This document shows positions 9,535 through 23,096 of a DNA stretch of 64,000 nucleotides, piece after piece. Source of the DNA: a bacterium. Lineage in GTDB: Bacteria > SM23-31. Both the position numbers and the translations under genes were made by a program. Positions within the stretch are counted from its first letter, which is position 1; each line of letters starts with the position of its first letter. Below the pieces are notes generated by a model, which was given only the letters and a program-made list of their open reading frames with translations, was not told where the DNA came from and ran no database searches. The DNA lies in the NCBI GenBank assembly GCA_965249485.1, contig OZ252239.1, positions 704,001 through 768,000 of the forward strand, read 5' to 3'.

Positions 9535-10542
9535 CTATTGATTCATAATTTGTTCGATCAGCTTCATTCCGCCAACCCGCGTAGCGTATTTCTCATAGAC
9601 TGGTTGAACAGCTTCTACGAATTGCTCTCTATCGATGTTAAAAAACTCCATTCCAAATTCTTCAAGCTGTTCCCGTGCTAATGCATCAAACGTTTCATCG
9701 GCTTCCCGTGCAGCCAGTTTCGCTTCTCTGCCTGCATTAAGGATAGCTGCCTGAATGTGCAGCGGATACTGATCAAACTTATTCCGGTTAAACACAAATG
9801 GTGCAGGACCTATTGTATGCTTTGTAAACGTTACATATTTCGATACTTCATAAAACCGCTCCGCCAGAAGATCAACGGAACTGCTTTCTGCTCCTTCGAT
9901 CACTTTCATCTGCAGTGCTGAATAGAGCCCACCCCACGCCATGTTTGTCGCCTGCGCACCGAATGCATTAAATGTATCAAGCAGTATGGGGCTTCCCATA
10001 ACGCGGATCTTCAGGCCATTAAAGTCTTCCAGTGACGTAATAGGGCGTTCGTTGTTCCATACATTCCTCGTTCCGATTGTCATATAGTCGATAAAGACAC
10101 AATTAAGATTTTTCTCTATTGCTCTCCCCACCAGCCGCCCGACTGAACCGTCGAGCACGGAATAACAATGTTCGATATCACGGAAGATAAATGGCAGATT
10201 AAACAGGTCAAGTTCAGGCACAAGAGGCGCTGTATTGCCCGCAGAAACGACGGTAGCGTCGAGTGTACCAAGGTTGACCGCCTGGATCAATTGACCTTCG
10301 TTGCCGAGCTGTCCATATGGAAAAATTGATACTTCAACTTCACCGTCAGTTTCTGATTCAAGTGCCTCTTTGAACCGTTCCATTGCATGCACATAGGGAT
10401 GGTTCCCCTTCGCATCATGGGCGACGGTAATAACGATTTTCTCTTGCGTGGAAGCTTCATTGCCGGTTTCCGGTGATCCACCACCGCAGTAACCGAATAG
10501 TGTTGAAACGGTGTAAAACAAAAAGAGTATACGGATTTTCAT
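9535..10542 (-). CDS. dctP: TRAP transporter substrate-binding protein (probable lipoprotein)
   Basis: FPYGQLGNE, LPFIF and GLKIRV motifs; N-terminal FGYC. Confidence 0.92.
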   Translation of the reverse strand: MKIRILFLFYTVSTLFGYCGGGSPETGNEASTQEKIVITVAHDAKGNHPYVHAMERFKEALESETDGEVEVSIFPYGQLGNEGQLIQAVNLGTLDATVVSAGNTAPLVPELDLFNLPFIFRDIEHCYSVLDGSVGRLVGRAIEKNLNCVFIDYMTIGTRNVWNNERPITSLEDFNGLKIRVMGSPILLDTFNAFGAQATNMAWGGLYSALQMKVIEGAESSSVDLLAERFYEVSKYVTFTKHTIGPAPFVFNRNKFDQYPLHIQAAILNAGREAKLAAREADETFDALAREQLEEFGMEFFNIDREQFVEAVQPVYEKYATRVGGMKLIEQIMNQ

Positions 10543-10863
10543 AATGAGTCCTCACAAATACTAGCAGTCGAAAATCTTAATTATTGATTGGATCTGATAT
10601 GGAGAATATTGTGGTACGGTGTAATTAATAGTAAACTTTCAATATATAAAATTATTGACTGAATCCATAATAAAATCACGCATAATCACCGTAAAGTCCT
10701 TATTGTATAAAGCATTGGATTCAATGATTGAATCGCATTAAAGAAGAATATTGTTGAGGGTTTAAGATAATGAAGATAAATTTTTCCGTTACCAGGAAAA
10801 CCAATAGTTTGCTTTCATTGAGACTTTACTTATTCAGTAAGACGATGTAAATGTATGCTATTA

Positions 10864-10909
10864 TGACACCATATTGTCAATAATGACACATTATAGTGCC
10901 AATATGGCA
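10864..10909. promoter_or_regulatory. Candidate upstream activator sequences for a sigma54 enhancer-binding protein
   Basis: TGACA-N6-TGTCA-N4-TGACA and TGCCA-N3-TGGCA, about 90-140 bp upstream of the -24 element. Confidence 0.55.
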
Positions 10910-10999
10910 TAATTCAATAACAGCTCTCATTTTCATAAGTGATTCTCACGATGCCGTAACTGCAATAATATCTATACTTTAAATATTTTATTAATGTTT

Positions 11000-11014
11000 T
11001 GGCACGCGGTTTGC
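11000..11014 (+). promoter_or_regulatory. sigma54 -24/-12 promoter of the hsp20 pair
   Basis: TGGCACG-CGGT-TTGC matches the consensus, 64 bp before the ATG. Confidence 0.85.
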
Positions 11015-11078
11015 CTAATATTGAATCGAAAGCGAAAGTCAAAAACGCCAAACAAATAAACTCGTGGAGGAATAAACA

Positions 11079-11522
11079 ATGGCACTAGTAAAATGGAGAC
11101 CGGCCCGTAACGCAAGTTTTTTTGAAAATTTCGAGGAATTAACGCATGACTTTTTTCCAGTGAACTATTTTGGGCATAATGACCAGATAAGAAGCTGGAC
11201 ACCGAATGTTGATGTCTCCGAAACGGAAAAATCTTACGAAATTACTGCGGAGCTTCCTGGAGCAGTCAAAAAAGAGATAGATGTTGCCTTTCGTGACGGT
11301 GTAGTGACGATCCGCGGTGAAAGAAAAGATGATAAAAAAGAAGAGCGGAAAAAAGACGGTTATTACCGTAGAGAATCCCGGTATGGATCGTTTGAGCGCT
11401 CCTTCAGATTTGCGGAAGATGTAAAAGGAGACGATATTTCGGCAACATTCAAAAACGGGATTCTGAATATCAGTGTACCGAAAGAGGATGTCCCGGAAAC
11501 GCAAAAAATTGCAATTAAGTAA
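11079..11522 (+). CDS. Hsp20/alpha-crystallin small heat shock protein
   Basis: WTPNVDV, ELPG, ESRYGSFERSF and FKNGIL motifs; GGAGG SD. Confidence 0.95.
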   Translation: MALVKWRPARNASFFENFEELTHDFFPVNYFGHNDQIRSWTPNVDVSETEKSYEITAELPGAVKKEIDVAFRDGVVTIRGERKDDKKEERKKDGYYRRESRYGSFERSFRFAEDVKGDDISATFKNGILNISVPKEDVPETQKIAIK

Positions 11523-11662
11523 CATGGAAACACTATTGGGATTGGGATAATAATAAAAGATATCATTTCAATGGCGATCCATTTTCGAATAATCAGAGCT
11601 GAGCAAAAAAATCCCGAACCATAATTTTATATTAATAAACTATAACAATAAAGGAGATCATC

Positions 11663-12094
11663 ATGTCACTTATACGATATAATCCAATCTATACTCCGAA
11701 TTTATTCGGAAATTTCGATTCATTTTTCAGTCGCCCTCGTCGGTACTATTCCGAAGACAGCGGCTCATGGACTCCGCATACAGATGTGGTTGAAACGGAC
11801 TTGGCTTACGAGCTGGAAGTGGAACTTCCCGGTGTTGAAAAGGGAGATATCGAACTCAGTGTTATAGAAGGAGTTCTGACGTTGTCAGGCGAACGAAATG
11901 CCGGTGAAGAGCGGAAGAACGAAAACTACCATATAACCGAACGGAGATTCGGGAAATTTAAACGGTCGTTCAGGTTATCCGACTCGGTTGAATCGGACAC
12001 TGTGTCGGCCGACTTCAAGGATGGAATCCTCTGGGTAACGGTACCAAAAAAAGAAGTGCTAGAGCCGGAAACGACACAAATTGCGATAAAATAG
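11663..12094 (+). CDS. Hsp20/alpha-crystallin small heat shock protein (second paralog)
   Basis: WTPHTDV, ELPG, ERRFGKFKRSF and FKDGIL motifs; AGGAG SD. Confidence 0.95.
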   Translation: MSLIRYNPIYTPNLFGNFDSFFSRPRRYYSEDSGSWTPHTDVVETDLAYELEVELPGVEKGDIELSVIEGVLTLSGERNAGEERKNENYHITERRFGKFKRSFRLSDSVESDTVSADFKDGILWVTVPKKEVLEPETTQIAIK

Positions 12095-12185
12095 CGTTTA
12101 AATAATAAAGCAGTGTGAACCAGAATCCGATACTGAGATTGTACTGGAAAGAGAAACGTTGAAAAACCTGTGGATTACATATCAG

Positions 12186-12222
12186 AAGCGGCGATACCAA
12201 TAAAGGGGGATCGCCGTTTTTT
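12186..12222 (+). terminator. Probable intrinsic terminator after the hsp20 pair
   Basis: GCGGCGAT...ATCGCCGT stem followed by a T tract. Confidence 0.6.
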
Positions 12223-12407
12223 CATGCTGTTTTCTCAGAAGTAGAAGAGCGGTAGTTGGCGATTTTTCCCTACAAATCGGATAAAAACCAATATTCAAAA
12301 AAAATTTTCCGCCCATCAAATCTGCATAAGCCTTCATCAAAAGAGCAATTAACACACATCTGTGGATATTATGTGCATAACTTTATAAAAATTCTCTAAA
12401 AATAATA

Positions 12408-12475
12408 TTGACTTTTCTTTTTAATCTGGGTATATTGATTAGCTTTCCATTAAGAAAGCAATTGTTCTTTGAAAA
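12408..12475 (+). promoter_or_regulatory. rRNA operon promoter and boxA antitermination site
   Basis: TTGACT, 17 nt, TATATT (12408-12436); TGTTCTTTGAAAA at about 12463-12475; second boxA TGTTCTTTGACAA at about 14622. Confidence 0.75.
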
Positions 12476-12533
12476 TAAGGTGCAGGGTCCAAATACGTCA
12501 AGAAGTATTTTTACTCGATAGTTTCAAAAATTC

Positions 12534-14097
<1,564 letters not shown>

Positions 14098-14239
14098 GGG
14101 AGTACGGTGTTTTTCTCCTGCTCACGCTGTGAGAATACAACCGAGGTCAATCTTCTCGACCGGCACTCTGCACCTTTTCAAAGACAATTCAGTGACAGAA
14201 GCTATGGAAACTGATATTGCTTCAAAGCTGAATGCTTAT

Positions 14240-14315
<76 letters not shown>

Positions 14316-14498
14316 CACCGCGGGCTGCGGAGTTTCCAAAGGTCTGCAAAAAACACTAATGATCTATATCAGCATATTCAAAACTTCTCTGTAGTACGGA
14401 TTTCGAAAATCCATTCCACTTAGAGCGGAATTGAAAAGCAAACCCAATCTTTCTTACAGAGAATTAATTTTCGAAGTTCGTATCTGTAAGATCGGTAG

Positions 14499-14571
14499 GG
14501 GGCTATAGCTCAGCTGGGAGAGCGCCGCCCTTGCACGGCGGAGGTCACCGGTTCGATCCCGGTTAGCTCCA
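14499..14571 (+). tRNA. tRNA-Ala (TGC), CCA not encoded
   Basis: GGGGCTA/TAGCTCC stem with G3-U70, TTGCA anticodon loop, GGTTCGA T loop. Confidence 0.97.
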
Positions 14572-14730
14572 CAAAGGAAAATAGAATAAACACGAAGGAT
14601 AACTTCCTGTTATTTTCCTGATGTTCTTTGACAATTGTTGTAACGGAAACGTGGCATCGTAACCGAATATAATATAAGTAATCTAGAGCCATTGGAGAGT
14701 AATCTCTTTGACGGTGATCGAAAATTGTTC

Positions 14731-17839
<3,109 letters not shown>

Positions 17840-17984
17840 GACACTTTTATTTATCATCGTAGAAGTGATCTGCTCGATCCGTCAAAAATAATGGCTCGTA
17901 TTCGGCGCCATGTTTCCAACAACAATTGTGATTATGTCTGTGTGCGTGCAATGACGTTCTAATTTCTGAGCGAGTTTGTTTTTG

Positions 17985-18029
17985 TTCATTGTGAGGAATC
18001 CCAAAACATCGGGACGTTGTGACAATCTC
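17985..18029 (+). repeat. Degenerate REP-like unit in the 23S-5S spacer
   Basis: TCATTGTGAGGA-ATCCC-N8-GGGACG-TTGTGACAATCTC resembles TCATTGCGATGAG...GACGTGGCAATCTC at 63280. Confidence 0.5.
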
Positions 18030-18087
18030 CGGATAGTAATTTGCACAATGCTCATTTTAGTGACACACACAGCATTCAAATCGAGTT

Positions 18088-18204
18088 TTCCGGTGGCTAT
18101 AGCGGAGGGGAAACACCTCTTACCATCCCGAACAGAGTAGTTAAGCCCTTCAGCGCCGATGGTACTGCTTCATTGTGATGTGGGAGAGTAGGTCGTTGCC
18201 GGGA
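18088..18204 (+). rRNA. rrf: 5S rRNA
   Basis: CCGGTGGC/GTTGCCGG helix I, CCATCCCGAAC, GCGCCGATGGTACT and GGGAGAGTAGGT. Confidence 0.97.
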
Positions 18205-18214
18205 TTTTTATTAT

Positions 18215-18250
18215 AACCCCCTGTCTGAAAAAGACAGGGGGTTTTTTATT
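18215..18250 (+). terminator. rRNA operon intrinsic terminator
   Basis: AACCCCCTGTCT-GAAAA-AGACAGGGGGTT followed by a T tract. Confidence 0.9.
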
Positions 18251-18359
18251 TTTCCTTGCGTTTGAGCAATATTTTCTCTAAAAATAATATGTTTCATATT
18301 GACTGTCCTAATTGTTTAACCTATAAATAGATTGCATCGCCTTAATCTCGGAGAAAACA

Positions 18360-18908
18360 ATGAAAAATATATTGATAGCAGCGCTATTGGGAGGACTTGT
18401 TCTCTTTATCTGGGGATTTGCACTCTGGATCGTGTTCCCTTTTCATGCCATGACGATGGACTCGCTTCCCGGCGGAGACGATGCCGTTGGTGATCTCGAC
18501 AAGTACATGCGGGGATCGGGCATTTATATTTTTCCCGGTTTTGACGAAGACCCCGAATATGCACAGGAAATATTTGCAACCGGTCCGGTTGTGTCGATCC
18601 TTGTCTACCGGGACGAAGGTATCGCCGACAATATGAACGTTACATATTTCGGCGGAATTGTGCTCAACATTCTGACAGCGCTCCTCCTGGCGATCATCTT
18701 GTTAAAAGTTGCACCGGTCTTAAAAAGCTTTGGATCGCGGGTATTTTTCGTAGTCCTCATCGGTTGTGTGCCGGCGCTCTCGGTCTTTTGTGCGAACTGG
18801 AATTGGTGGGGTTACCCGCTCGATTACACAATATCAACAATATTTGACCATGTTTCGAGCTTTACACTTCTCGGCTGTGTTCTCGCATGGCGGATAAAAA
18901 GTGAGTAA
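18360..18908 (+). CDS. Hypothetical membrane protein (about 4 TM)
   Basis: GGAG SD, hydrophobic segments, GIYIFPG and NWNWWGYP. Confidence 0.75.
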   Translation: MKNILIAALLGGLVLFIWGFALWIVFPFHAMTMDSLPGGDDAVGDLDKYMRGSGIYIFPGFDEDPEYAQEIFATGPVVSILVYRDEGIADNMNVTYFGGIVLNILTALLLAIILLKVAPVLKSFGSRVFFVVLIGCVPALSVFCANWNWWGYPLDYTISTIFDHVSSFTLLGCVLAWRIKSE

Positions 18909-18938
18909 TACAAAAGTTATACGATTGAGAATTGCACT

Positions 18939-19880
18939 ATGAATATATTTATAGCTGGAGCAACAGGAGTACTTGGAAGACGGGTTGTGAAACAATGTAT
19001 TGATACGGGCCATTCGGTTGTGGGTCTCTGCCGCTCTGATGAGAATAGGCATACATTGAAGTTTTTGGGCGCGGAACCGCGTGAAGGTGACCTTTTTGAT
19101 GTCGGGTCTCTCTGGGACGCCGTGCAGGGTTGTGATGTAGTCATGCATCTCGCTACAGCTATTCCTAAAAAAACAATTGTCAAAAAGCGCGATTGGGAGC
19201 TTAATGACCAAATTCGGGTCGATGCAACAAAAAACCTTATAGAAGTTGCCCTCGCACACAAATGCCGACACTATCTTCAACAGAGCGTAACTTTTCTCTA
19301 TGGCAACAACGGTGATGAATGGATCGATGAATCGGCATCCGTCCCCAAAAAACAGTTTTCGTTCCTTCAATCTGCTTGTGAAATGGAATCAATTGTTATC
19401 GACCGTACGGAAAACGGCGGGCTGCCTTCCGTTATCCTTCGACTGGGATGGATGTATTCCACCGACGCATACCACATCACCAGCTTGATAGATTTAATGA
19501 AGAGTCGAATTTACAAAGGTATTGGAATCGAAGATCAATACTGGAGCCTGATTCATGCCGATGATGCGGCAGCGGCGTGTGTCAAAGCAATCGGACCAAA
19601 CAATCTTAACCACGGCAGTATCTATAATGTTGTCGATGATGAACCGGTCAGAATCGGTGAATTGATAAACTATATCGCAGAGACGCTCGGTATACAAAAA
19701 CCGGGAAGAACACCTGTTTTTCTGGCAAAAGCATTCCTCGGCTCCGAAGTGGTTGATTCTCTGATGGTCTCTGCCCGTATAAAAAATGATGCAGCCAAAA
19801 AAGATCTCAGGTGGGAGCCCATATATAAGACCTTCCGCGAAGGGTATACTGCTGTTATTAAAGATTTAAAACATTCCTGA
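18939..19880 (+). CDS. NAD-dependent epimerase/dehydratase (atypical SDR)
   Basis: IAGATGVLG Rossmann motif, HLAT, IHADDAA and YNVVDD. Confidence 0.9.
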   Translation: MNIFIAGATGVLGRRVVKQCIDTGHSVVGLCRSDENRHTLKFLGAEPREGDLFDVGSLWDAVQGCDVVMHLATAIPKKTIVKKRDWELNDQIRVDATKNLIEVALAHKCRHYLQQSVTFLYGNNGDEWIDESASVPKKQFSFLQSACEMESIVIDRTENGGLPSVILRLGWMYSTDAYHITSLIDLMKSRIYKGIGIEDQYWSLIHADDAAAACVKAIGPNNLNHGSIYNVVDDEPVRIGELINYIAETLGIQKPGRTPVFLAKAFLGSEVVDSLMVSARIKNDAAKKDLRWEPIYKTFREGYTAVIKDLKHS

Positions 19881-20040
19881 TTACAATAACGTTATAAAAT
19901 GAAACTCAATTTCTTATCGAAAACTATCCCCAATTATATCCTACTATTCTCCGTCAGAATTTTTGGTGGCTGTGTCTATATCTAAAAAAGAGTTGAACTG
20001 AAATGAAGAATAATCAAAATAATTCCGATATTGAAGCAAG

Positions 20041-21018
20041 ATGCTTCTCATGTGCCAACATATAAAAATAGTACCTCTCTGGCTTTATCTGCTTGCACTG
20101 GTCTTTCTGCTTCATCCTTTGAAAGTTCAAGGGCAACAGGAAACGGATATGCCTGAACTTTCTGCGGCTCAGTCTGCTCGCAAATCTATAATGTTTTACA
20201 ACGAAGGTGTCAGGCAGGAAAACCGTGGCAACATGTATCGCGCGGTTGAGATGTACGAAACATCACTCTCATATAATCCCGGCTACATCCCTACGCTTGA
20301 ACGGATGCATGATATGCTTGTCATGCAAGGGAAAGAAGATTCTCTCCGAACAGCTCTCGATGAAATGATTCTTGAGCAACCAGGATCGAATGTATTCAGG
20401 TATCTCCGTGCCCGGCTCACGGATATTGAAGAGGCGGATTCGGCGTTCCGTGATATTTCAGACGACGAATCTTTCTTTTATTGGGGTTATTTCGGATTGG
20501 GCCAGAACTATATCCGTCAGGGACGTTTTGAAGAAGCACGTGATGAATTCGAAAGAGTGATTGCGCTCAATCCGGCAATACCAGAAGCACAGCTCGGTCT
20601 TGGCATTGCTTATGATAATCTGGGAGATTTTGAAAAAGCAGAGCGCCAGTATGAAAAGACGCTCCTCATCAATGCTGATATTATTCCCGAAGCTTATTTT
20701 CATCTCGGTATGCTCTATTCGCTTAAGGAAGATACTGCGAAGGTAGTGGAAAACTATCGTACCTTTCTTGATCTTGTAAAGCAGGGACCGCAGGCTGATA
20801 TGGCACAGACTTACATCGATTCAATCGAAGCCGATCTACTCCGTGCTGCTATGCTGCAGCCGCAGCAGAAGAAGAAAAAGATTGATGCAGGCAGGGTTAC
20901 TTCCTTACTAATACACTTTACTTCTTACATATTTTCTACAAATACAACTCAGAGATTGCTATCACGCCCTCTGAATTTGGAACGCCTCGTATTGATAATG
21001 TTTATCCTTTCGATATAG
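20041..21018 (+). CDS. Exported TPR protein
   Basis: Signal peptide-like N terminus; TPR patterns such as AQLGLGIAY and AYFHLGMLY. Confidence 0.8.
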   Translation: MLLMCQHIKIVPLWLYLLALVFLLHPLKVQGQQETDMPELSAAQSARKSIMFYNEGVRQENRGNMYRAVEMYETSLSYNPGYIPTLERMHDMLVMQGKEDSLRTALDEMILEQPGSNVFRYLRARLTDIEEADSAFRDISDDESFFYWGYFGLGQNYIRQGRFEEARDEFERVIALNPAIPEAQLGLGIAYDNLGDFEKAERQYEKTLLINADIIPEAYFHLGMLYSLKEDTAKVVENYRTFLDLVKQGPQADMAQTYIDSIEADLLRAAMLQPQQKKKKIDAGRVTSLLIHFTSYIFSTNTTQRLLSRPLNLERLVLIMFILSI

Positions 21019-21019
21019 T

Positions 21020-21052
21020 AAATAAAAAGCCCCCCACAAATGTGGAGGGCTT
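21020..21052 (-). terminator. Intrinsic terminator, minus strand
   Basis: AAGCCCUCCACA-UU-UGUGGGGGGC-UUUUUAUUU; the stem has a U-G pair on the minus strand that is a C-A mismatch on plus. Confidence 0.8.
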
Positions 21053-21267
21053 ACTAGAGGTGTTTCGAAAAACATTTACTGCAACAACGTATCAGAATTC
21101 AGCACATCATGAATCACAGGCACAGAATAAACAGATGCAACAGGATCAGGAATCTACCGTAATAACAAGAATCACTATAATCATCACACCTCAATACTTT
21201 TACAATGGTCTTAAAAAAGGTATATGAATTCTCCCTTTCGCGGAAGGTATATACACTTTGCCTTGCG
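21020..21267 (-). ncRNA. Candidate sigma54-dependent repeat-containing small RNA
   Basis: Bounded by a -24/-12 promoter (21293-21279) and a minus-strand terminator; no credible ORF; repeated UGAUUCYUG-like motif. Confidence 0.6.
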
Positions 21268-21278
21268 TTGAGGAATTA

Positions 21279-21293
21279 GCAAATTATATACCA
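21279..21293 (-). promoter_or_regulatory. sigma54 -24/-12 promoter
   Basis: TGGTATA-TAAT-TTGCT on the minus strand, GG-N10-GC spacing intact. Confidence 0.7.
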
Positions 21294-21506
21294 ATGGTAT
21301 ATAACTGACAATATTTTTTGCAAATAATTTTATTTTGCCTGAACTCGGTCACACAATGTGTAAAATCGACGGATTCTTGCACGGGATAGGACATGAAATA
21401 CTATAATAAATTCTCAATATTGGCAGATACGTAAAGTCGTAATTTTAATATTTGGGAATAAACATTCTCCCTAATGAAAAAGAAAATAGATTGAGTGTAG
21501 AAAAGA

Positions 21507-23084
21507 TTAGAGAATCTCAACACTTTCCCCCGGATGGGGAACAACAACTTCATACCCTTCCTGCCTCAATTTTTCTGCAAAGGGCAGACTCTGCGTCTCC
21601 TCTCCGTGTACAAGAGCAATGCGCTTAATGGAAAGATTCGACTCCTTGATAATCTTCAGTAGTTCATTTTTGTCGCCATGCCCGCTGAATCCCCCCAGTT
21701 TGACCACCTGCGCTCGCAGCGGATATAATTTATCAAAAATTTTCACGAGTGGTTCAGGGCCGGGTTTGCTTTTCTGTGTCTCCTCTCCCAGCTCTTCAAT
21801 TTTTCTGCCAAGCGTATTCTGCGCCATATAGCCGACAAGAAGAATGGTGTTCTTCGGATTATGCACAGCATAGCGGAGGTGGTGCAGTATCCTACCTGAC
21901 TCACACATACCCGAAGCAGAGATGACAATATGTGGTGTTGTATCCCGCATCAAAGCCATCGATTCTTCAACACTCTGAACATAAGTCATTTTGGAAAAAG
22001 AAAACGGATTCTCACCCTTTTCGAGGAATGTCTTATGCGTGTCTTCATCATAGGTCTCAGGATGCTCCCCGAATACCTTTGTCATATTTACTGCAAGCGG
22101 GCTGTCAACATAGACAGGCATCTTTGGGACTTCACCCTTATCATATAATTCATGCAGGACGTACACGATATCCTGCGTCCTGCCGAACGCAAATACAGGT
22201 ATAATAATCGAACCACCCCTTGCATGGGTTTCCATAATAACTTTAGAAAGACGCCCGCGCAGATCGGCCACCGGATCATGTACCCGGTCTCCGTAGGTGC
22301 TTTCCATGACGAGCAGATCGATAGATCTGTCCTCTTCGTTGAAATCAAGTGTAGGATCCTTAATAATCGGTTTGTCAAACCGACCGATATCTCCCGAAAA
22401 ACAGACATTCCGGGTTAAACCGTTTTCCTTTGCTTTCATAATAGTCAGGGCAGAACCGAGAATATGTCCCGCAACATAAAACGTGCAGGTGCTGTTCGCA
22501 CCGATTGTTACCGGATGCTTAAACGGATAACCATCGAAATATTCCAGTGCCTCCTCAGCATCCTTTATCGAATAGAGCGGCTCGATTGAATCGAGATGGT
22601 ATTGTTTCTGATAGCGATCAATCGTCTCGGCATCGATACGGTGATTGTTTTTCTTGAGCAGCTTTTTGATCTCCTTCATTTGCCGTTTCGAAACCGGCTT
22701 ATTTCCGGGATCTTTTTTCAATGAGTAAAGGAATGACCGCACCGATTTGTAATTGAGATAATGCGCATCTGATTCCTGAATATGTGCGCTGTCGAGTAGC
22801 AGATAACGGCACGCATCGGCAGTTGGGCGGGTACATATTATCCGTCCCTGAAAATTGCTTTTCGTCAACATGGGAATTCTGCCCGAATGGTCGATATGGG
22901 CATGCGACAAAACCATATTGGTAAGAATCTGCGGATCAAACGGCAGTTGCCTGTTTTTTTGGTCGCATTCTTTTCGCCGTCCTTGATGCAGTCCGCAATC
23001 GAAGAGAATCCGGTCACTGTCGGTTGTCAACAAATGCATCGATCCGGTTACTTCCCGCGCTGCACCGTAGAATGTTATATACAT
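21507..23084 (-). CDS. MBL-fold beta-CASP ribonuclease
   Basis: GAAREVTGS, SHAHIDHSG, AGHILGS, MESTYG, SASGM, FSGHGD and VHGE motifs. Confidence 0.92.
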   Translation of the reverse strand: MYITFYGAAREVTGSMHLLTTDSDRILFDCGLHQGRRKECDQKNRQLPFDPQILTNMVLSHAHIDHSGRIPMLTKSNFQGRIICTRPTADACRYLLLDSAHIQESDAHYLNYKSVRSFLYSLKKDPGNKPVSKRQMKEIKKLLKKNNHRIDAETIDRYQKQYHLDSIEPLYSIKDAEEALEYFDGYPFKHPVTIGANSTCTFYVAGHILGSALTIMKAKENGLTRNVCFSGDIGRFDKPIIKDPTLDFNEEDRSIDLLVMESTYGDRVHDPVADLRGRLSKVIMETHARGGSIIIPVFAFGRTQDIVYVLHELYDKGEVPKMPVYVDSPLAVNMTKVFGEHPETYDEDTHKTFLEKGENPFSFSKMTYVQSVEESMALMRDTTPHIVISASGMCESGRILHHLRYAVHNPKNTILLVGYMAQNTLGRKIEELGEETQKSKPGPEPLVKIFDKLYPLRAQVVKLGGFSGHGDKNELLKIIKESNLSIKRIALVHGEETQSLPFAEKLRQEGYEVVVPHPGESVEIL

Positions 23085-23096
23085 TTCGCCTCAGAT

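Noticed and set aside
20870..21018. Possible frameshift at the end of the TPR gene (odd tail after KKKK)
   Set aside because: A stop lies in another frame just after the A-rich run, but this cannot be judged without homologues or reads
21042..21227. 61-aa plus-strand ORF, or a CsrB-like RNA with CAGGA motifs on the plus strand
   Set aside because: It starts inside the terminator hairpin with no SD, only two CAGGA copies exist, and both promoter and terminator polarity point to the minus strand
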